A stretch of 63,306 nt of DNA, counting the filler, from Choristocarpus tenellus KU-1152 (Eukaryota; Protista; Phaeophyceae): NCBI GenBank assembly GCA_964200185.2. It is 10 parts of 10 records of this genome, joined end to end, with 100 filler letters (N's around TTAATTAATTAA, not from the genome) between each part and the next. Parts side by side here need not be neighbours in the genome. Positions count along the whole stretch, not along the records: positions 21,561 to 29,157 come from CAXNAD020005903.1; positions 29,258 to 32,814 come from CAXNAD020019283.1; positions 32,915 to 35,656 come from CAXNAD020025136.1; positions 35,757 to 51,788 come from CAXNAD020000886.1; 6 more parts are not named here. One strand, given 5' to 3'. Under the pieces are notes generated by a model. It was not told where the DNA came from. It made no database searches and worked only from the letters and a program-made list of their open reading frames with translations. Both the position numbers and the translations under genes were made by a program. This document shows, in pieces, positions 26,600 through 39,060 of the stretch; positions within the stretch are counted from its first letter, which is position 1, and each line of letters starts with the position of its first letter.

Positions 26600-28400
26600 A
26601 GTCAGGCTTTGCTGCACGCGATTCTATTCTCAATTGGGAATGTTTACGGGATCGAAGCACTTTCCAATAATAGGTGGGCAAGTACTTGAAAATGGCTTGA
26701 CTGTTTTTGGGGGATAGGGAGAAGTCTCCAGAGGAATGCTCTCTCGGTGGTTATAGATAGACCATTGCAGGCATGTTCATGACAAGAAGAGTTGGGAAGA
26801 TGTCCACTATCAAGTCCACCAGGATTCTTGTGAGGTAGGTCGGTCCATCCTGTGTGCCTTCCATTCATATGGATACCTTTATACCAACTTGGAGATGAGG
26901 ATTGAATTGCATGGAGAGACAAAACCATCTAAAATGTAACGATACATTACAAGTGAGTATGGTGTAGATCATAGATATGTAAAGTCGTTTTTGATTTAAG
27001 AGGTTAAATTGATAATTACGGAGTACCTGATGTGATTAGAACTTGGAGTAGTTGGCATGCTTTGAAATATGAGGTACATGCCTTCTCCTTCCACTCTGAG
27101 GCATATTGTCTTCGAAGGGTCATAGTTTTGCCCTTTGGATGTTTGATCTATGCTGGTGGATGTCTATGGCGGGCATGTATTGTATCCTTCCCTCACTCCA
27201 CCTACATTAGTGTTTGAGGATAAGAGATGGCACTGTGGAAGAAGACATTGTTTGGAGCATAGTGTGAGCTGAATGGTGTTAACGGATGGTGTAGGCTAGG
27301 TAGTGTTTGATGTATTAGGGAAGCATTGTTTCAGAAATGGAAACCCTCTAAGATAAAGACGCCCCTCTCTTGTCAGGAGAGTATTATCACTGGCTTTTGG
27401 AAGGTATGTCACAGGTCCTCCTTCACCAGACACAACTGCACTCTGACATGCTGCAGGTAATTGAGTACATGCCATAGGTACTGATAGTGTCCTTCCATGA
27501 TACAAATTTTATGATGCTATGGGGATGTTAGAGTGGAGTTTCGAAACTCAAGGAGCTATTGTAGTTATATATACTGTTTTATTTTCTTATCTGCATGGCC
27601 TTTTAGTCCTTAGTATTGTCATTTGCCGTAGGGTTCTTTGCCTTAGATGGTTTAAACTATTTCCAGATACCGACATATGTCATGCTTCATTTTTTTCCCT
27701 CTTGTGGAGTTTGCTACAGGGATGTTCCTACTGTAGCGGTTTGATACCTGGTGTTCAAGATTGTGGACCTTTGAAAGTCGAAATGGCATGGTGACACCTA
27801 AGTACTCTATACCTAAATATCATGAGCCAAGAAGAGGATGAGGCAAATCCACCTCGTCTGTGTACTATATGAAGCATGAAATGCATTTGACAAGACGGTG
27901 CACAGTGAGAGGAAGGCCATGCAGAGTGACTGCAAGAAATGTGTGAAGTACTTGGGTTGAACTGAATGAGTAATCCAACAGTATATTGTAGAACGACAAT
28001 TGAGACTCGTCTACTTTGCTGTAGACAGACCTGATGTGGCACTTTATCTTACAATAGTTGTTTCTTTAGAGGTGTTGGAATTACATATTGTTGGACCTTT
28101 CAGAACACCACAGGTTGTGCTCAGTTGTTCGTCTCTGCTCGTGTCCATTTCCCTCTTCCTGATTCTAATTGGTGATTTCACTGATCAATGAGCCTGCATG
28201 AGAACAACACCCATACTTGGTCTCAGTCTCCATATTCGGTGCACTATGCAGGGCTTTGAAGAAGTCAGATCTTCCTTGGCATATCACCTCCTTAACTTGC
28301 AACTCATTCATAGCTACACCACTATCCCCTTTGTTTCCAATATCCGAGCTTCCTAGCCCGTTTATTGCTATGTTGAGGTTTGAATTTTATATCATGAATA
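26600..28400 (-). mobile_element. Highly decayed LINE reverse-transcriptase relic
   Basis: Broken motifs in the expected order: DFFKA (DFxKAFD), SQLSFYNILLD (LSPxLFN), FLAHDI (YADD), FKPSKAK (NxxKT), YQYL (YLG). Many stops. Confidence 0.35.
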
Positions 28401-28953
28401 TAGTCATCAATTACAACAGTTCGAGCATTCAGGACTCAAGGCAAGGTTAAGCAGGTATGGGACAGGGATGAAAAGCAATATCCTCGACATTATTGGTATG
28501 GCCTACATGCTGCATCAAGACAATAAGATGCATTGTCGTTGACAACATCTCTTATCTCCTTGGTCTTGACATTTCTCTCAAGTGTCAGATGGATGATAGT
28601 ATTTTGGAGAAGACAAATGAAAAATATCTAATGATATGAGAAAAAATCCCTGGATTTTACGCTCTGTCAAATTATGTCAAATTTCAAGAGTAGGGTAAAT
28701 ATTTCAAGATGTGTTTATATTTGTATTTATATTTTTAATACCAATGTGATCCCAATTGAATAGCCTGCATCTCACACTGAGCCAGTAAGATCTGTCAGTC
28801 TAGCAACACCTCCTCCAATTGCAATTTTAGAACCACATATATCCTCGAATACAGAGGTCTATCACCTAGTTTATGTCTAAAGATGGAATACAACAACCGA
28901 CAATAGCTTATCCCCACCTCTCCCTGTATGGACTCCTCATGTCCTGTAGTTAA

Positions 28954-29157
28954 GGCTCAAAGTATCTGGTGGGGGGTGGCAGTCGTACATTTGGAGCCCA
29001 TATTTCCATGTCGCGATTTTTGGGTGATTTGGTTGCATGCGTCGGATGGATAAGGTAAGTGCAGTTCTCCTAGTGAGGGCCCAAATGGACACCCTGTTGT
29101 AGACCCCCCCCCCCCCCACCCCCCCCCCAACACCCACTCCCCCCCCACCCCATCCCC
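28954..29157 (+). mobile_element. MITE subfamily A (~150-185 bp; TIR GGCTCAAAGTATCTG(n) ... C(n)AGATACTTTG(A/G)G(C/T)C)
   Basis: Internal core CCATGTCGCGATTTTTGGGTGATTTGGTTGCATG..GGATAATGTAAGTGCAC shared with copies at 48520-48704(-), 49325-49478(-), 58594-58780(+), 63236-63306(+). Lone TIRs at 3489-3526, ~3720-3750, 35757-35841, 51889-51915, 58881-58914. Confidence 0.85.
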
Positions 29158-29659
29158 NNNNNNNNNNNNNNNNNNNNNNNNNNNNNNNNNNNNNNNNNNN
29201 NTTAATTAATTAANNNNNNNNNNNNNNNNNNNNNNNNNNNNNNNNNNNNNNNNNNNNGAGTGGGTAGTTGGGTTTTTTTTTAAAGATTTTTGGTAATACT
29301 CTTTTTTTTAAATCGACATATGCCAGAGCTGTCAACTTCTTCTAGAAAGCGATTTCGCACTCGCCACACCCATGCAAATGACTTAACCTTGACACCAAGC
29401 ATTAGCCATAGACTGAGTCGGAGACTGCCCATGCAGGCCAAACAATTAGTACCAATGACTCGAGACCGTACCCCCATCTACACTGGTGCCCACACACTCC
29501 AAAACATTTTGGAGTACATAAAATGTAATTAAAAACCCGTGGAAAGCCAAGCCCCAAATGAACAAACAGAGAAGAACTTGTGCCCTCTAAGATACTTTCA
29601 CTCAGAGGTCTGGCACTCTTCACAGTAAAAGTATCATAATATAATTATCCAAAAAATCT

Positions 29660-30000
29660 TTATTTTAAGAGTGGTAGCTCCTGTCATGCACCTCAACTTG
29701 CACTATATGAATAAGTGCATACTTCCGAGCAACTTGGTCATATACTTGAGTTCCTGAGGACAACCCAAACATGATTTGGACACCTTGTTCGGTTTCCACC
29801 TCCGTTCTCAGTCTAGATAGTGAGAGGTGCATCCAATCTTTTTGGTACTTCATATTTCGCTCTACACCTCCATTCGAAATGCACATTCCCAATAGCATGT
29901 TCCTGGGGACTCCCTGCCCTGACCTAGCTATATGATATGAAATCCTGCATCGTTGAGGGGACCCTTTGTCATGTACTCTGAGTACAGATTACTTTTTTCA
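29660..30000 (-). mobile_element. Possible second Harbinger/IS5-type transposase relic (C-terminal part)
   Basis: NDAGF then HLSLSRLRTEVETEQGV...QVARKYALIH resembles the D.G[FY] ... S..R..VE...G ... AC..LHN pattern; disrupted. Confidence 0.35.
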
Positions 30001-33000
30001 TGCCCTACAAGGTCTAGGAGAGTCATGTACTTGCTTCCTTACCAATAGTTTACCTCTCCTGTGCTTTGGGACCTGCTTGTGAAATAGTTTAACCAGTTCG
30101 GTCAGCAGTACGGTATGATGATGGAATTAAACATTTCCGGTGTTATGTATACTTGGTATATATCTTTATTTTACCACCAATGGTCCCATAGATTGGTGAT
30201 AGTGTCCTGGTGATTGGCGAATTTCAAGGGGAGCAACATAGAGTTCAGCATTTCTTTTGGCATTCCAACTCCTCAAAAGACAGAAATTTCCTGTTATACT
30301 TAGGAGAGACGAGTGGGAAGGGCGTGCTTATTGCTTTACCAGGTGTAAATTAGCAAATGCACTTATAGTACATTTTGAGGGCTTCATTTCAATCATACAG
30401 GGATCGGCAATTTGACAATTTCCGAGAAATCAACCACTATATAATTGAAAATAATTAATCCTTTTTGTTAGTCAGATTTTCAAGTAATTTTCTAGACTAA
30501 AAGAAGACGCATTATTCTACCCACGGTGAAATGTTGTTGGAGTGCATGCTTCAACAACATTCAAGTGTCTTGGTACACAGAACGACACGACTACCTTGAT
30601 TCCCAGGACGATCACTCCTCATACCACTCTTTCATTGGCAAATGTGCTGCTGTGCAGTAAAAAGCATTCTGCTTCTTCTCTTTTTGCTAATACCGATGCA
30701 GCAGAAACTCCATGAAGGGTGAACCAGTAAAGGACAAACCATTAGGGGAAACAAGCACTAATCAGAAACATGTGTACGGAGAGCTTGCAGCTAGGGCAGA
30801 ACACTCTCATGGTTACGACCAGAGATGTATCCTAACAATAGAGGACACAGGTATAAATATCTGTGCTTTTTGTCTTGTTGGTATGATCTCTCATGTTGTG
30901 TCTCTAGGTTGGTATACCGTAGTTACTGATAGAAGTAATGGGTACTTCCCCTGAACAACCAATCCACCTTCTCAATGGCAGGCACAAGGACTATTTAGCA
31001 CTCTGGAGGAGTACAGGTCATGGAGTGTTAAATAATAGGACCTACTCACCAAAAATATTCTCGGAGGTATTCACTATCCCGCAAAAAATCTAGGCAGCAG
31101 AGAACTCAAGGGAGTTCATACATATTGCCAGTGAATTTTTTTCATCCCCCACCTGCATGCGCCTAAGACTACGAGCAAGGTCTCCCTTATTGCATATCTG
31201 GTACATCCCCGGGAAGTGATTGATTTTCTGGAAGTTCTGCATGGACATCACTCGCTGAGAGTGAAGATGGAAGGGAGAAGAAGTAAGAAAAGAGGGAATA
31301 AAATCAGGGTATCCGAAAAGAGAGACAATAAACCTGCCATTAGCAAGTTTATTGTCACTGTAACGTCAAGAACAACCTAACATATTAATGGACACCCCAG
31401 TAACCGGCACATCCAACCCTCCAACATTCATTCCAAATGTCTGAGACCAAAATGTGCAGTATCTGGCGCGACATTCGAAATATTTATTGATCAACTTTTC
31501 CAGAATAATAATCTACTCTCAGTACATAACATTTTTCGATTCCTGCCTTCTCTCTATTTTCTATATTATTTTGTCCTTTGAAATTTTGCAGATGTGTCAG
31601 GAAAGTCAATTCAATATCGTAAGGACTCCTGTAAAAGTAACGGTTGTCGCAAATGTGAAAGATCCTTGAGACCACGTAAGAACACTGATTGACACAACTC
31701 TCGCTGTCCTTCATCAGCATCTGACGCTTTGTTAATTTCGCCTGCTTGGGTGTACGATTAATATCAAAAGCAATTAAATATCAACACTTGGGAACTCCAA
31801 ACCTCCATTGAAACAGAAGTGTCTGTCCAGTAGATATTCCAGTCCGGTCCACCCTTTGATCCTGCCATGCCGGTTATTGTCCACTTCATCTTCTCGGCGC
31901 ATTCATGTATCACGTCGTACTTACACTTCAAGAGAACACCAAGTGTACGTGGAGGATATCATGGCGAAATGCCAGGATATTTTGTGACGAATGATGGGGG
32001 TATCAGAAAGGATGCCCGTCGTCTTGAGGTCATTAAATTACTCGCTTGAGCAGACGGGACGAAGAGGGCCAAGGATTGAGCGTGCGAACCAATTTGTCAA
32101 TTTTAGCGCAGGTCTCCCATCCATCACCTGAGACATGTCTACATAGATCTTTTTCCCTTGTCGCCGCTTTTTGTGCTTGGTCCTTGAAGATCCACGAGAC
32201 ACCTTCCATCGGGTTCCTGTTCGAGGATCATCTTCTGCCAAGTCCATTCTATGTTGGTTCCAATAAGATCGAGACTTCACTCTTCTTTCCTCCTACTGGA
32301 ACGAATGGATTAGTCGTTACATTTCAAACGTCAATGTACCTACATGTACCATACTTCTAAAACAACACTAACAATATCTTAACATGATTGTACGCATATT
32401 CTTGTCTGCAACGCCTTCCAGGTACCATAAAATAAAAAATCGAGAAATCATGAAAATATGTAGCGGTAGTACCTTCGCCCTCTGGGGTTGTCCCGTCATA
32501 ATTTTCGATGTAGACATCAGGTTTAAGAAATAAAAGCATATTCGTGATGCCCGTCACAATGCCCTCCAGAATACGGGCTTTCCCCCTCAACTTATCTTTT
32601 TGAAGAAAGAGCGCTCGTATTGGGGTTCGAACCCTGGATTGTAGGTCACTAAGAGTACCAAAAAATATACTATTACTTGATTGAATGTATAGGGTTTAGA
32701 GAGGAAAAAAACCTCCCTACCCTTTCTTCCTCGGTGTTCGCGCACCCACTCTTTGACCTCGGCAAGGATATCCTCGTCGAGGCCCAGAACGAAACGCCTC
32801 TCGTCGCGCCTTTGNNNNNNNNNNNNNNNNNNNNNNNNNNNNNNNNNNNNNNNNNNNNTTAATTAATTAANNNNNNNNNNNNNNNNNNNNNNNNNNNNNN
32901 NNNNNNNNNNNNNNGTACCACGGTATAACGGTATATGGCATACGAGCAATACGGTATAATAACAGACAAACATGCTTTCCACACAAGGTCATAAATGACA

Positions 33001-33380
33001 TTTATGAAGCTGTCATTATCACCCATCGCCTGTAACACTTCCACTAACAATCTCACCCTCTACGCCATTGACTGTTTTTTTGTTGGTGGTTTGGGATTTT
33101 TTGCCCCCCACTTTCAGGTGGGAGGAACTATCACTAGTTCAATTTTATATTTCAAAAAGAGCCCCTGCGTTCACAGGGTTCGAACCCTTGCAGTTCATAG
33201 AGGATTGATCGCAAACAACACGAACACGGTTACACACATGTTGGGTTTATTTTGTCCAACATTTCAAATTTTGTTTTTCATTTGAAATGAAGATGATTAC
33301 TGTAGGCCAATCAAGACTTAACAACATCTACAAGGCTACAGCATCACATCACATGAGTTTTGAGGGCCTTCCACGTCCCT

Positions 33381-34277
33381 ATGGACCCCTTGCCCTCGTT
33401 CCTCCTCCACAAAAAGCTGGTGAACCGAGGAATCAGTATACTGTTGGTGGGGTTGATGTTGTTGACTATGATTGGTCGCGGGTGGCCTCCCTCTACCAAT
33501 GCCTTTCTCACCTCAAGCACTCTCCAAAGGGGGACAGGCACATGCTGTAGAGTGCACTCAGCTCTACGCGCTCATCTATGTGGAATACTAGTGCGTCCGT
33601 TATGGGTTGGACCACCTTCGGGACGAGCACTATCAACGGTCTTAGGTAGTGGTCGGACTGAAACCTATCTTGGGATGCGAGGAGAAAACGAAGGGCGAGC
33701 TTTGCCTGATCACGGAGCGGCCGCTGATGTAACAGTTGGTTCGCGAGTCCGCCTTAGGGACAGTGGGCTGTTGGGGACAGTGGTGGGTAAGAAGCGTGGT
33801 AGCTGGTGGAGTGTAGACCTCTTACTACCTGACGGGTCTGGTCGAGCAAATCCCGTGTCGACGCGCAAGGAGAACATGCAACCCTTAGGAGTCGCGTATG
33901 CATCGTCGGCTGAAGAAGTCACAGTGGGTTCACCAAAGATGAAACTGGACGAGGTAGGAGTGAGTTCAAGTACAGAGGGTGACCTGGCCGTTATCAAAGG
34001 AGATGAAGGCGATAAGGTTGCCGGATCGCAGATTCGACGAAAAGCTGCAAGTGGTCTATCCACCAAACGGAACCGGTCGAACAAAAAGAACAAGGATACC
34101 CACAATGAAGATGTGCCGCAGACACTGCTCTCTCAACATACACAGTCCACGCCACCAATGCAGAGCCCGATGATTCATAGAGTAGATGCATCAGAGCTTC
34201 CCCACAGCACCATGCGGCAGTGGGTGGTCTTCTCCGATCTCCATGTGAGCACAAGCACGCTTAAGGTCTGCCTACAG
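33381..34277 (+). CDS. First exon of a calcineurin-like metallophosphoesterase (SbcD/Mre11-type nuclease) with a probable plastid presequence
   Basis: 299-codon open exon ending WVVFSDLHVSTSTLKVCLQ|GTGAGA (metallophosphoesterase motif I, DxH). Hydrophobic N-terminus followed by STNA-FLTSS, and an internal KOW/SH3-like segment VGSRVRLRDSGLLGTVVGKKRGSWWSVDL. Later exons not found before the gap. Confidence 0.7.
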
Positions 34278-35079
34278 GTGAGAAATAGCAATGCAGTCTA
34301 CAGATACGCGCACTTGAAGGGGTGGGTTGGGTTATCTTAGGGCTGTATTTGGGTCTGTGTGAGCTGAGTCATTGTAATGGTTAAAATGGATGAAGGCACA
34401 CATAATTTTTGCTGCCTTGGTTGATGGAATGCAGATAGCTACTATCTTACATGAGACTCTTTACCTTGGTACAAGGGAAGGGACCAGGTTGAGTCTGAAT
34501 AGGTTGAGTCTGAATATTATTTTAGCTCCAATACGTAGTACTTCCAAGTACATTACTCAACTTTGAGTGTAATTCTTTGGAATCGTGTGCAATAGTTCTA
34601 ATACTTCAAGAGATGTTGGTGGTGTAGAGTCAGTGCAAAAGTCCGACTTGCACTTTCTTTCTTGAGTCACAGTGACCCTCTCTCTATACCTCTACTCGAT
34701 CCAAAAGTTACACGGAGAGATGCACTTGCATACTTTTTATTTGGGTGTTTTCTTTCACGATTTTGATTTTTCGTAACAGCGTAATTTTTTTTGGTCTTTC
34801 TAGAGAGGGAGGTGTTGTTAATAAGAACATAAATCTCTGTTATATCTATTTCTAGATATATCTCTTTACAATAACTGCCTTGCAAGTAGTCAAAGTAGTA
34901 AAGAAATAATATTGGAAGGCGAGGACAATAGAATATACATGAAGTACTAACGTAATTGGAAATACAAGCACCAAAAAATACTCTGTATTTTGTTTCCGAG
35001 TTACTATATTTGATTATCTCAAGTATTCTCTGGCACAGTCCAGGAAGGTTTCGGGAAACATTGATTATCCATCTGTTCA

Positions 35080-35114
35080 CCCATCCATCCATCCATCCAT
35101 CCATCCATCCATCC
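35080..35114. repeat. (CCAT)n microsatellite
   Basis: Directly visible. Confidence 0.9.
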
Positions 35115-35580
35115 ACCTGTCTTTTCTGTCTGTCCATCCATCCATTCCAGTCATCCATCATAGCAATTGGACACTGTGTTCACAAGAGACGTGAATCTCG
35201 TGGCAAGCTTTCAACTCAATCCTTATGTCTTCTTCCTTCGGAACCCAATCATGTACTCTACAGTAACATAACGTCTTTTCCTCTCAACCTCTGACCAAAT
35301 CGATATTTACAGAGTTCAAATCCTTCTAATCCTTCTTATCTCAAACCTGTTGCATGGGACACATTATTTCACACAGGCTCATATAAAAACACAGGGTACA
35401 AGTGGTTATACCACAGTTGACTTGAAACAAAAATAGGACATCAATTGTTTTTGTAACAGAGTTGATCCCAGGTTCTAAAACTGCTTCACCTTTCCAGTCA
35501 CCTCTCAACCTCTGACCAAATCCCCACTTGGCACAGGCTCACTTTCACTGTGACTACAGTGAAAGCGAGTTGACTTGAAA

Positions 35581-35618
<38 letters not shown>

Positions 35619-37590
35619 CCCCCCCTCCTCCCTCTCTTTTTCATTTTTCCTCCTTCNNNNNNNNNNNNNNNNNNNNNNNNNNNNNNNNNNNNNNNNNNNN
35701 TTAATTAATTAANNNNNNNNNNNNNNNNNNNNNNNNNNNNNNNNNNNNNNNNNNNNTTCTGGGGGGACGGGGGGTCAGACGGGTGCCCTCCAGAGCTGTT
35801 TCGCCCCCCCCCCCCCCCCCCCCCCACAGATACTTTGGGTCATAGTGTTATTCCTGGACTATGTGGGGCATTGAGCCATCATCCTAAGCATCTCTTCACA
35901 CTAATACCTACTATAGCATCCATTTTTCTATTGTGTTCTATATTATACATTTGGTCTGATGACAACCTGCCCAAGCTTTTCCACCTTGTGTGTCAATGCT
36001 GAGAGTCAAAAGTAAACAAGCGGTACCCAAAGTAGCATTTTAAGGATACTAGGAAATATGTGCAAAAGATTCCTTTTTTCAGAAAAGGGTCTAGGACATT
36101 TGCTGAGTTGTGTCAAATTTTTTCAAACAATAGAGAAATATATCTTCTTGAGTCAAATATAGCACTTCACCCATAGAAATATCAGTGAATTGCAAAAGAT
36201 TGAAGAACTAACTTGTAATGCAAAATGGCCAAAACCTGGGTACCTCTCGTTTACTTGCGCTCTGAACTCTCCATCTCTCTATTTGTTATCATTCTACACG
36301 GGCTGGGACGAAAATTCTATGAGAAATATCACTTTGTAGACATGTGGCATCTACTCTGGATTCCTGGCTGATTATGTTTTGCTTCATCCCGTCCCAAGTG
36401 CAGTAAATTTTCTGGTGGCCTAACACTCAGTAAAATATCCTCTTGCTGATGAGGATAATGTTGAAAAATGATAAAAAAAAAAAACGCTACCAGACGTTCT
36501 GATTAGAATGCTGGTTATGATTTTTCCACCATGCCAACTTCCTGGTGCTTTGTAAGGATGATCTTGGTGGTCCTCCAGTTGATGTGCGGGCTGGTGACCT
36601 TATGTGTACATTAGCCGACCCACCCTATATCCTTTGGACCATTCAACCAAGAGTGGTAACTCTTCGATGACCCCCACACTCTCTGTAGGTAGCGCAATGG
36701 CATGACTTCCCGTCTGTGACAGTAAACAAACCATAGTTCCGGGCAAAAGTCGTTTCTGTACCTAGTCGAACTTTTCTCTGGTTTTTGGAAGGTGAAATAA
36801 TGATGCCACATTCATGTCCCTCCTAATAGAGTTGGTATCCTTTGTAGACTCGATAATTCCCAATGGATATCGAACTTAAATGGGCATTGACAAATTTACA
36901 ATTTGACCCTGCTACTTTTCTCACCCTTGAAAACAGCTGAGGCAATTTAATATTCTGACACAATGTTGACATTTTCAGATGCTTTCTCACAGGTGTGACT
37001 CAGCTGCTCCATAATCATACTTTGATTGAATATATGAGGATGTTAATTTTGATGCTGGGTACATTCACAAACCGAGAATTCGCTGATGTCAATGTTTGCA
37101 CCTACTTCATCTGTATATTACATTGAATACTTTGTGGACTTTGCTCAGGTACATGCATCCTTTACTTTGAATGGTGGAATCTATAACTGCAGGTGCGAAG
37201 GATATATATGGAATTTGTCCTGAGAAGGACACTCACCAGTATGCCTCCTGTAGTCCCGACAAGGATGAAATTACACAAAAAGGCACAGACCCAATGCTCA
37301 AGGGTAAAGATACATTTATCGAGATTTCGCCAGAGTGATTACATGGAGAATGGTGGAGATTGCCAGGGGATATTCATCAAATACTTTGAAATGCCTGTTT
37401 TGCATATGGTTGATACAATTTCCTAGTACAAACTTGAGATACAGGCATAGTTAAACCTAAACTTTGCATATGGAACATTTACTTTGTAGTTCTCTAAAGG
37501 GTTCATAAAAAAACAATACTGTTGGCAAATCCTAAATGCGTATTCTCTCCAACAGTGATCAACCACAGATATTTGATACATACACCTCAC

Positions 37591-38818
37591 CTTGCCCATA
37601 TGCATGTAAGTTACATCATGCCGACATATTGAGTTCGCCTGCTCCAGACATTCCAGAGCCTTAGGGTACTGCTTGAGAGCCGAGTAACTGAGGGCTTTGT
37701 TGTGCCACACCTCCCAGTCCTCGGAATCAAGCTGGAGTAAACAAATAAAAGTGTCGATTTCATTGTGTATCTTTTTATGGTATGTGCAATGAGCACTATA
37801 ATGACTTGGCTCTGCCTATCATGCCTATGCTAAGCATCGAAAGCAGCCTCGTAACACCGCACGGAAAGGTCACTTCTCATCACTCGCACAACAAGCACTT
37901 TTCGAGGTTGAACAAGGAAGACGCATATATAGGAAAGTGTCCCCACAACAACTCCTACTTTTTGCCAACCTGTTCTCTATTAGTTTTCAGAGTGTGTCTA
38001 TTGTATTAATCCTAGCACTCCCACCCCCCCGACCTCTCTACATAACATTGCGTCAACAGTCGAACTAGGCGGGTGATTTCGTCATGCTACTTTGCGTGGT
38101 TAGCGGTGACCAATTCAGGCATACATTCTCGGTTCTACATAACATTGATGATTTACATTATCTTTTGCTCCTTCATCTGGAGACGACCCCAAATGGTACG
38201 ACTCTCCTTTAAAGCGAGGGGTTGAATTCGAACTTCGCACCTTTTCTGCCTCTTCATAGACATCAAGTGCCGCCTTGTGCTTCCCTAGAAGGTAAAGGCA
38301 TCGTCCCACTTGCTTCAAGTTTGATGGGTTCTGTGGGTTGAGGCACGTTGCAGCCTGGAAAAGACTCAAAGACTCATGGATCCGACCTTCCATCCTCTTG
38401 ATCAGGGCTAGGAAGAGCGGATAAACATGTGGGTCAACAGATAGACACATCGACACATAATTTTATTTCAACCTTCCCTCTGCACTCCAGCCAGGGCATG
38501 TAACAACATCGTGCGTACCACAGATGCAGCTCTTCAAATGATATAACTTTTGCATGTTAAGCAACTCTACGGCCTGGGCTTGAAGCGCGAACCCTGCAAA
38601 CATTAGTTACCTTTGACATAGATAGGATATTCACACTGTCCATTGCATTCTCGAAGACGACCCTCGATGATCTGTAAGCATTTGTCGTGGTTTTTTCGTA
38701 TGAATTCCGAGTAAATCCGCCAGTTGTGCCCTTCTGGGGGCACTGGTGGCGCTATCACTGTACTCCTTTTCCTTTCCAGCGCCTTGTTCTCAGAATCAGT
38801 TCCTGGTATCGTCAACAT
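37591..38818 (-). CDS. BBS4: Bardet-Biedl syndrome 4 (BBSome TPR subunit), first three exons; remainder missing
   Basis: Exons 38818-38611, 38407-38241, 37731-37591 (GT-AG, phases match): NWRIYSEFIRKNHDKCLQIIE...[62 protein letters not shown]...DWEVWHNK...RHDVTYMHMGK, the characteristic BBS4 N-terminal TPRs. Confidence 0.93.
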
Positions 38819-39060
38819 TTGGGTTGTAGCGGTCCCAACTGACAGCGTAGAACTTGTACACACAAGGGTCTCTTTTATCATCCTTAACAATTCTCAACCC
38901 CTATTATGAAACGAATACAAACCTTCTAGAACATACCGCAATAAGTTGGTTGTAGTTTGAGAAAGCAATTTTTGAACTGGATCCTGGAAGGCATTTTGAC
39001 TCTGTGTTGAACGTTAAACAATCAAACTCAAAAACACAGGAGAGCCACAAAGCACCTACC

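Noticed and set aside
34667-35294. Long ORFs on both strands (MDGWMDGW..., HPSIHPSI...)
   Set aside because: Produced by the (CCAT)n microsatellite and AT-rich intronic sequence. Most other short ORFs in the track are likewise shadows of real exons or repeats.
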